In this document: piece after piece, positions 54,170-64,000 of the stretch
Layout: each line of letters begins with the position of its first letter
Position numbering within the stretch: the stretch's first letter is position 1
Source: the human T2T-CHM13v2.0 reference genome, Homo sapiens
Strand: one strand, 5' to 3'
Length of the DNA: 64,000 nucleotides
Assembly (NCBI RefSeq): GCF_009914755.1
Contig: NC_060933.1
Translations under genes and position numbers: made by a program
Notes under the pieces: generated by a model
Databases searched by the model: none
Seen by the model: the letters and a program-made list of their open reading frames with translations, nothing else
Told to the model about the DNA's origin: nothing

Positions 54170-54915
54170 ACAAATGGTTTGTGAGTGCACACTGGCCTAC
54201 AAACTCCCACAGAATTGGCCCTAATCATCTCTCTGACCTTGTGTCCTTCTACTCTGTTTAATGCTTGACTCTCTTCCTGTTCTTAAGCCAGCCTCAAAGC
54301 CAGCTCAGGGCCTTTGCACTGGCTGTCTCTTCTGCTTGGAATGCTCTCCCTGCCCCCACCCCAGGAGACACCACAGTGCCTGGTTTCTCACCTCCCTTGC
54401 CATTTTATTCTAATGCAGGGAGTGACAAACTGCAGCACGTGCCCAATCCCAGCCTTCACCTATTTCTGAAAATCAAGTTTTACAGGCATACGGCCACACT
54501 TGTTCCTTTGTGCACTGTCTACAGCTGCTTTTGCACCACATGACTTGTTGAGTAGCTGGCTGGCCAAGTCTAAAATGTGTACTATCTGGTCTGTTACAGA
54601 AAAAGCTTGCCAACCCCTGCTCCAATATCCCATTCCCAGGGAAGTCTTCCTTGACCACCTCATTTAAAACTGGAATCACCCCCAATGCCTTTCCTTCCCC
54701 CCCTCCCCTCCTTGCCTCCTCCCCAACTTTTATTCAAAGCATTTACCAACAACAGACATACTTAATATTTTACTTATTTTTTGCCTCCCTTCAGGAGAAT
54801 GTAAGCTCCATGAGGACCGGAATTTCTGTGTGTTTTTTCCGTAGCTGTATCCCTAGCACCTCAAGCAGTGCCTAACACAGAGCAGATACTCAGTCACTTA
54901 TGTGTTGAATTGATG
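54170..54915 (+). mobile_element. L2a 3' fragment interrupted by MER58A
   Basis: CTCAGGGCCTTTGCACTGGCTGT..GAATGTAAGCTCCATGAGG..GCAGTGCCTAACACAGAGCAG..TGTTGAATTGA. Confidence 0.8.
54416..54619. mobile_element. MER58A hAT element
   Basis: CAGGGAGTGACAAACT ... TACAGAAAAAGCTTGCCAACCCCTG terminal inverted repeats. Confidence 0.87.
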
Positions 54916-55466
54916 AGCACAGCAAACTCAGATGTTATACCAGGTGCTACACTGACCTATTTTACAATCTTTAGCTCATTTACATTCTTTGCCACATCTA
55001 GAAGACTTTTTCAATATGGGTTAGGTTTAAATTCAAACGAGATCTCTGGCAGGCTCAATTTCTTTCAAAAGTTCAATGGTATGGCAGCAGCAGCAGTAGC
55101 CACAGCCAAAAAGATGCAATATTAGCAAAAAGGGGAGGAAAGAGAATGGGTAACGTTATTAGGTTTGTCTACTTTAAGCTGAAATAAATCACAAAGCTGA
55201 ATAGCTGCTGTCAATAAGAAACCACTCCCCAGGAGCAGCTCGTTTAATTGTTTCGTCCTGTGGTCCTTATCCTGGGAAAAAGCAGGGAGCTGATGGCAAC
55301 AGAAATAGTTTGGATTCCTGGCACACTCCCAGAGTTATTTTGCAGTCCTCAGTAAGTCTTCACTTTCTCCCACAACAAAACAGTTCCAAGGATGGGATCT
55401 CTTGGCATTGCTTCTTACTACTGCATGTGAATCTACAATTACCTCAAAATACAGTTTAATTAAAAT

Positions 55467-55469
55467 ACG

Positions 55470-55501
<32 letters not shown>
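55467..55501. repeat. (CG)n(CA)n microsatellite
   Basis: ACGCACACGCGCGCGC followed by an (AC) run. Confidence 0.9.
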
Positions 55502-55964
55502 GTTCCAAAGATTGGGCTGTAATCATTCTTTGAGAGCCTAGAAAAGATGGAAAACGCACATTCTCTGTGTGGTGGGCTTGGTGTACAGTGTCTTAAAAAA
55601 AATAAGCTCGTGACCTTAGAAACTTTCATGACTTAGATTGTAAATATAACAGAGGATGACATCTGTAACTGACTTTTGAAAGCAATTTGCTTTAAATCTT
55701 CATTTTTCATACAGATAGTGTAATAATTAAAAAAGGCCACTGGAAAGCAGGAAGCCAACCTTGAAGGTGTGAAGTTCGGGGCAGTGGTTGGGTCACAGTG
55801 TCCCCCAGCCCCGCAGATGAAAGAGGTTTCAGCATGAAGATGCCCCATAGTCTTGAGGCAGCCTGGGAAGAGGAGGGCTCCAGAGAGAGTCTTCTCACCG
55901 GTTCAAATGTTAACCCCTAAAAGACCTCCCAGCTACCTAAGGAAAAAATGTATAGTCAAGATGC

Positions 55965-56738
55965 AGATGGAAGTTATCAGGGAAAGCCAAATCCAAACCA
56001 CAATGCCAATCCACTTTACCACTTCAAATCCACTAGGATGACTACACTCAAAAAGTCAGATAATAACCAGTGTTACTGATGGGCATGTGGAGATGTCAGG
56101 ATCCCTATGCATGGCTGGCGGGTAAGGTAACATGGTGCAGCTGCTCTAGAAAGCAGTCTGGCAGTTCCTCGAGAGGTTAAACATAGAGTTACCACATGCC
56201 CCAGCAATTCCACTCCTAGAAGAATGAAAGCATATGTCCACACAAAAACCCATACACAAATACTCATAGCAGCACTATTCCTAGTAGTCAAAAAGTAGAA
56301 ACAACTCAAATGTCCATCGACCAGTGAATGGATCAACTAACTGCGGTACGTCCATATAACGAAATAGTATTTGGCAATAAAAAGAAAGGAAATACTGATA
56401 AACACTAAACATGAGTGAACCTTGAAAATCCTATGCTAAATGGAAGAAGCCAATCCCAAAGACCACATACTGTATCATTCCGTTTCCATGAAATGTCCAA
56501 GAAAAACAAATCTACAGTAACATAAGGTAAATTCCCCCTAGGATTGGGGGAAATGAAGAGGGTGGAGGGAGTGACAATTAAGATCCATATGGGTTTTCTT
56601 CTGGAAGGATGAAATGTCCTAAAATTGACTGTGTTGATGGATACACAATTCTGTGAATATACTAACCACCGTGGAATTATACACTTTAGGTGAATTGTAC
56701 GTTACGTGTATTAGATCCCAATAAAGCTGTTCAAAAAA
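55965..56738 (+). mobile_element. L1MB7/8-type 3' end
   Basis: GAAAGCAGTCTGGCAGTTCCTC..GTTAAACATAGAGTTACCAC..TGAACCTTGAAAATC..GTGAATATACTAA..CAATAAAGCTGTT. Confidence 0.9.
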
Positions 56739-57679
56739 GAGATGTGGGAGGATCCCACTCACAGACTCCCAACAGCACCAACCTTCCTTAAGAAGAGGCA
56801 CTTGATCTCTTTGAGAAGTTTTTCCCTGGCCAGGGCTAACTCATTAATCTATGCCTGGTGGATGTTACCAGGTTCTACTTCCCTATTTAGTGACTTACTT
56901 AGGAAATGACTAATAAACAGAACCTGAGTCATTTTACAAAATATAATGCACTGTACACACTCACAATAATAGGTTCTGTTGATTTCCCCAGTAGCATAAC
57001 AGCCAGAGAGAAAGCAGTGAAGCTCAGAGAGGGCCCAGAGAAGGGGGGAGGCTGAGAAGGAGGGAGTTAGCTGAGCCCAGGGTGCTTGTTAGGCCTCTCC
57101 TTTCTTTCCACTTAAGCCCTCCTGGTAGGAAAATGGATCAAACGAAGTGCTCTCTGGGTAGCCAGAGTGTTGAAAATGGCTCTCAGGTATTTTGCAAAAT
57201 ATGATACCATAAAAATAAAAATACTCACAAGCACCAAGGTGCCATTTGGAGAGCCAGGAAAGAGCGCCAAGAAGGTGAAGTATCTGGCTGATGGCTTCAG
57301 AGTTGTTTTTTCTCCCCCATTCATTAACAGAAAATAAATAAATAAAGAAGTAGCTGCTGTACCTCTTGGCTTTCATTTCAGCACAGTTTTCAGTTAGAAT
57401 TCAATGCAGGGAAGCACGTCTGCCACAACACCTAAATAATTCACAACTGCTCAAAATACCAGGGACGCATGTCAGGGATGAACCCACTCCCAGGACCACG
57501 TTGACAGGGTTGTGGGGGTGTCTCCAGCTAAAATCCTGAGGAGCAGGTGGTGCCTAGTCTGCTCCCGACTGTCCAGCACTCACCTGGAATGCAGAAACCT
57601 GCTTCTTTTGCAGGGCCCCTTTCTGAAGTGACTGCTTAGATTGACATCTCTAGAAATTACACCTTAATATGTTAAACTT

Positions 57680-57900
57680 CAAGATCTTGGACAGACTCAG
57701 GTTCAAATCTCAGTCTACTGCTTACTGGCTATGTGACCGAAGACAGGGTACCCACCAGCTCTGGGACTCATTTTCCACACCTGTAAAATAGGGACATCAA
57801 TTCCCACTTCCTAGAACTGCTTTTGAGGATTAAATGAGATGAAAGCACAGGGATTGGCACATACTAAGTGCTCAACAGATTGCTGCTATTATTATTATTT
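57680..57900 (+). mobile_element. MIR SINE
   Basis: GGTTCAAATCTCAG..GCTATGTGACC..CTGTAAAATAGGGA..TGAGGATTAAATGAGAT..AAGTGCTCAA..GCTATTATTATTATT. Confidence 0.88.
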
Positions 57901-57909
57901 GGTAAAGTG

Positions 57910-58150
57910 TGCTCATTTATTTATTCTTTCAGCTAACCAATATTTTTATTAAGCCCCCACAGTGTTCCAGGCACTGGGGATATTCTAGACACTGGGGTGC
58001 AGGAACATCCCTGCCTTCATGGAGCTGCCAGTCTATGGGGAAGACAGAAAACAAACAGGCACACAAGGGGTGAACAAGTTAATGAACAACCATAAAAAGT
58101 GACAGATGGTAATGTGATGGAGAGTGGCTGGGAGTATCACTTTAGAGAGA
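57910..58150 (-). mobile_element. L2 3' fragment
   Basis: CATTTATTTATTC..TTTATTAAGC..CCAGGCACTGG..CCCTGCCTTCATGGAGCT..GTCTA.GGGGAAGACAGA. Confidence 0.8.
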
Positions 58151-60688
58151 AGACTCACATAGTGTGTGTCTTGGGGCATTAAAACTTTGTTGATTTAGTT
58201 AATGGTTACTGGCTGATCCATCCACTGATCGCAGAACCTTTCTAAACCCATCTGCGGAAATGACCGTAGGGACTACTGTGGTAGCATATACCCCTAGCCC
58301 ACTTGGCTGCATGTCACGCTCATGTACCACCTGAGCAAAACAAATCTCCAGCCCTTCCCTTCTGCTCACCTCTTCTTGAAGGCCAGCACTCCCTTCCCCT
58401 TATCCCTACTCTCTGGAGTCCCCTGGGTGCTGAGAAAGTCACTATTTCCTGGGAGGAATCTTACACTTCCGGTGTCTTTCAGCATCTCTGACTGTTCTTC
58501 ACACATCACTGAGACAGTGGAATTTTAAACAGGGCCTTTGGGAGGAAAGGTCCACTTTGAAGACATCCTAAGTCTGCAAGACACGGAAGTGAGCAGAGAA
58601 AGGGGAGCACACAGATGATTCTTCATGGATCCCAGTCACACTGTGAAGCAGGGAAATAAAATGACACGATGAAAGAAGCAGTAAAGACACTCCCCAAAAA
58701 CCAGGAGTGACTATCAACCATCTGTCGCAAATACAAGCCCACCAGAGAGAATAAGGGTGCTTAGAGAAACATAGAGAAACATAAATATCAAGTGGGCTCC
58801 CACATTCATAGAGGCATTCAGAGCCTGAGACAAAAACCCAACAGATCTTACCTCTAGATCTGGAAGTGTGAGCCAACCTAGCCCTACAAAGCATTTCTCC
58901 AGGTCATTTGGCCACACAAAACTACACCTCAGTGGAGTTAGTATTACTTCCTACTAACTGATGGCCAATATTGTTTTCTGGAAGGAAAAAGGAAATTCTG
59001 GAAGGTTCCACCCAAAATATCTGCAGAGAGTACTAACCTCTGAGGAGCACGTCTAGGGTCAGATGTAGGAAGATGATTTACTTTTCACTGGATTACCTTT
59101 TGTATTATTTGATTTTTATTATGTTTATAATTATTATCAAAGAAGAGATTTTATCTTCAAAATAAATGAAAAAGAGAAACTGCTGATTAAAAGGTATGGT
59201 TAACTTATCAATAATTACAAGTTTGAAGAGTTAACTTCCTTTTGCTTAATCATTATATGTCCTTTATTTCTTCATACAAAGAGAAAACATTACAACATTA
59301 ACCAAAGTCATATAATAATGCCTTATCATGAAGTAGAAAGAAATATGAAAATGGGATTTCCAGGCAAGAGGGCCAAATAGGAACAGCTCCGGTCTGCAGC
59401 TCCCAGTGAGACCAACACAGAGGGTGGGTGATTTCTACATTTCCAACTGAGGTACCCAGTTCATCTCATTGGAACTGGTTAGACAGTGGGTGCAGCCCAC
59501 AGAAGGTGAGCAGAAGCAGGGTGAGGTGTCGCCTCACCCAGAAAACCCAAGGGGTTGGGGAACTCCCTCCCCTAGCCAAGGGAAGCCCTGAGGGACTGTG
59601 CCTTGAAGAATGGTGCATTCTGGCCCAGATACTACACTTTTCCCATGGTCTTCACAACCTGCAGACCAGGAGATTCCCTTGGGTGCCTACACCACAAGGG
59701 CCCTGGGTTTCAAGCACATAGCTGGGCAGCCATTTGGGCAGACACCGAGCTAGCTGCAGGAGTTTTTTTCATACCCCAGTGGCACCTGGAGCACCAACAA
59801 GACAGAACTATTCACTCCCCTGGAAAGGGGGCTGAAGCCAGGGAGCCAATAGGTCTTGCTCAGCGGATCCCACCCCCATGGAGCCCAACAAGCTAAGATC
59901 TACTGGCTTGAAATTCTCACTGCCAGCACAGCAGTCTGAAGTTGACCTGGAATGCTCGAGCTTGGTGGGGAGAGGGACGTCCACCATTACTGAGGCTTGA
60001 CTAGGCGGTTTTCCCCTCACAGTGTAAACAAAGCTGCTAGGAAGTTTGAACTGGACAGAGCCCACCGAAGCTCAGCAAAGCTGCTGTAGCCAGACTGACT
60101 CTCTAGATTCCTCGTCTCTGGGCAGGCCATCTCTGAAAGAAAGGCAGCAGCTCCAGTCAGGGATTTATATCTAAAACTCCCATCTCCCTGGGACAGAGCA
60201 CCCTGGGGAAGGGGTGGTTGTGGGCGCAGCTTCAGCAGACTTAAACGTTCCAGCCTGCCAACTCTGAAGAGAGCAGGGATCTCCTAGCACAGTGCTCGAG
60301 CTCTGCTAAGGGACAGACTGCCTCCTCAAGTAGGTCCCTGACCCCCATGCCTACTGATGGGGAGACTCCCCCCAGCAAGGGTTGACAGACATCCCATACA
60401 GGAGCGCTCTGGCTGGCATCTGGCAGATGCCCCTCTAAGACAAAGCTTCCAGAGGAAGGAGCAAGCAGCAATCTTTGCTGTTCTGCAGCCACCACTGGTG
60501 ATACCCAGGCAAACGGGGTCTGGAGTGGACCCCCAACAAACTCCAGCAGACCTGCAGAAGAGAGGCATGACTGTTAGAAGGAAAACTAACAAACAGAAAG
60601 CAATAGCATCAACATCAACAAAAAGGCTGACCACGCAATAACTCCATCCAAAGGTCACCAAAAGCAAAGACCAAAGGTAGATAAATCC

Positions 60689-61722
60689 ATGAAGAAGAGG
60701 AAAAAACAGCGCAAAAAGGCTGAAAGTTCCAAAAACCAGAATATCTCTTCTCTTCAAAAAGGATCACAACTCCTCACCAGCAAGAGCAAAAAACTGGATG
60801 GAGAATGAGTTTGACAAATTGACAGAAGTAGGCTTCAGAAGGTGGTGAGTAATAACAAACTCCTCTGAGCTAAAAGAGCATGTTCTAACCTAATGCAAGG
60901 AAGCTAAGAACGTTGATAAAAGGTTAGAAGAATTGCTAACTAGAATAACAAGTTTAGAGAATAACATAAATGACCTGATGGAGCTGAAAAACACAGCACG
61001 AAAGCTTCGTGAAGCATACACGAGAATCAATAGGTGAATCAATCAAGCGGAAAAAAGGATATTGGAGATTGAAGATCAATTTAATGAAATAAAGCATGAA
61101 GACAAGATTAGAGAAAAAAGAATGAAAAGGAATGAACAAAGCCTCCAAGAAATCTGGGACTATGTGAAAAGACCAACCTACATTTGATTGATGTAACTGA
61201 AAGTGATGGGAGAATGGAATCAAATTAGAAAATACTCTTCAGGATATTATCCAGGAGAACTTCCCCAACCTAGCAAGACAGGCCAACATTCAAATTCAGG
61301 AAATACAGAGAATGCCACAAAGATACTCCTCAATAAGAGCAACCCCAAGACACATAATCTTCAGATTCACCAAGGTTGAAATAAAGGAAAAAATGTTAAG
61401 GGCAGCCAGAGAGAAAAGTCGGGTTACCCACAAAGGGAAGCCCATCAGACTAACAGTGGATTTCTTGGCAGAAACCCCACAAGCCAGAAGAGAGTGGGGG
61501 CCAATATTAACATTCTTAAAGAAAAGAATTTTCAATCCAGAATTTCATATCCAGCCAAACTAAGCTTCATTAAGTGAAGGAGAAATAAAATCCTTTACAG
61601 GCAAGCAAATGCTGAAGGATTTTGTCACCCCCAGGCCTGCCTTACAAGAGCTCCTGAAGGAAGCAATAACTATGGGAAGGAAAAACCGATACCAGCCACT
61701 ACAAAAACAAACCAAAATGTAA
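60689..61722 (+). pseudogene. L1 ORF1p remnant (stops and frameshifts)
   Basis: ORF-track fragment MPQRYSSIRATPRHIIFRFTKVEIKEKMLRAAREKSRVTHKGKPIRLTVD matches ORF1p; the frame is broken. Confidence 0.92.
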
Positions 61723-61785
61723 AGACCATTGATACTATGAAGAAACTGCAACAACTAATGGGCAAAATAACCAGCTAGCATCATA

Positions 61786-64000
<2,215 letters not shown>

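Noticed and set aside
59519-59539. Hairpin GGGTGAGG-TGTCG-CCTCACCC
   Set aside because: It lies within the L1 5' UTR and is attributable to the element rather than to this locus.

Overview
This is primate (most likely human) genomic DNA: repeat-dense, with no recognisable intact protein-coding gene. It carries about 16 Alu copies (FLAM, J, S and Y classes), MaLR/ERVL solo LTRs (THE1, MSTA, MLT1, LTR16- and LTR33-like), Tigger and hAT DNA-transposon fossils (MER2, Tigger3b, MER5, MER3, MER58A, Charlie4-like), and old L1M, L2 and MIR fragments. The 5' 4.6 kb of a decayed L1PA7/8-type LINE-1 runs off the right edge. Most larger L1s and LTRs lie on the + strand, which suggests an intron of a minus-strand transcription unit that I cannot name. 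Almost all ORFs in the track are repeat-derived or chance ORFs; only the L1 ORF1/ORF2 remnants are real coding relics. I found no convincing novel multi-gene system. The most notable observations are: (1) a SNORD112-like C/D-box snoRNA relic at the 3' end of an ancient L1M fragment; (2) three independent short local duplications 1.5-2.6 kb apart, each copying a transposon-plus-flank junction; (3) an AluJ whose linker and tail have both expanded into ~200-bp homopurine/GGAA tracts; (4) a perfect 14-bp-arm palindrome with twin E-boxes; (5) several candidate minus-strand cassette exons. Repeat subfamily names come from recalled consensus sequences, and boundaries are approximate unless a target-site duplication (TSD) is quoted.
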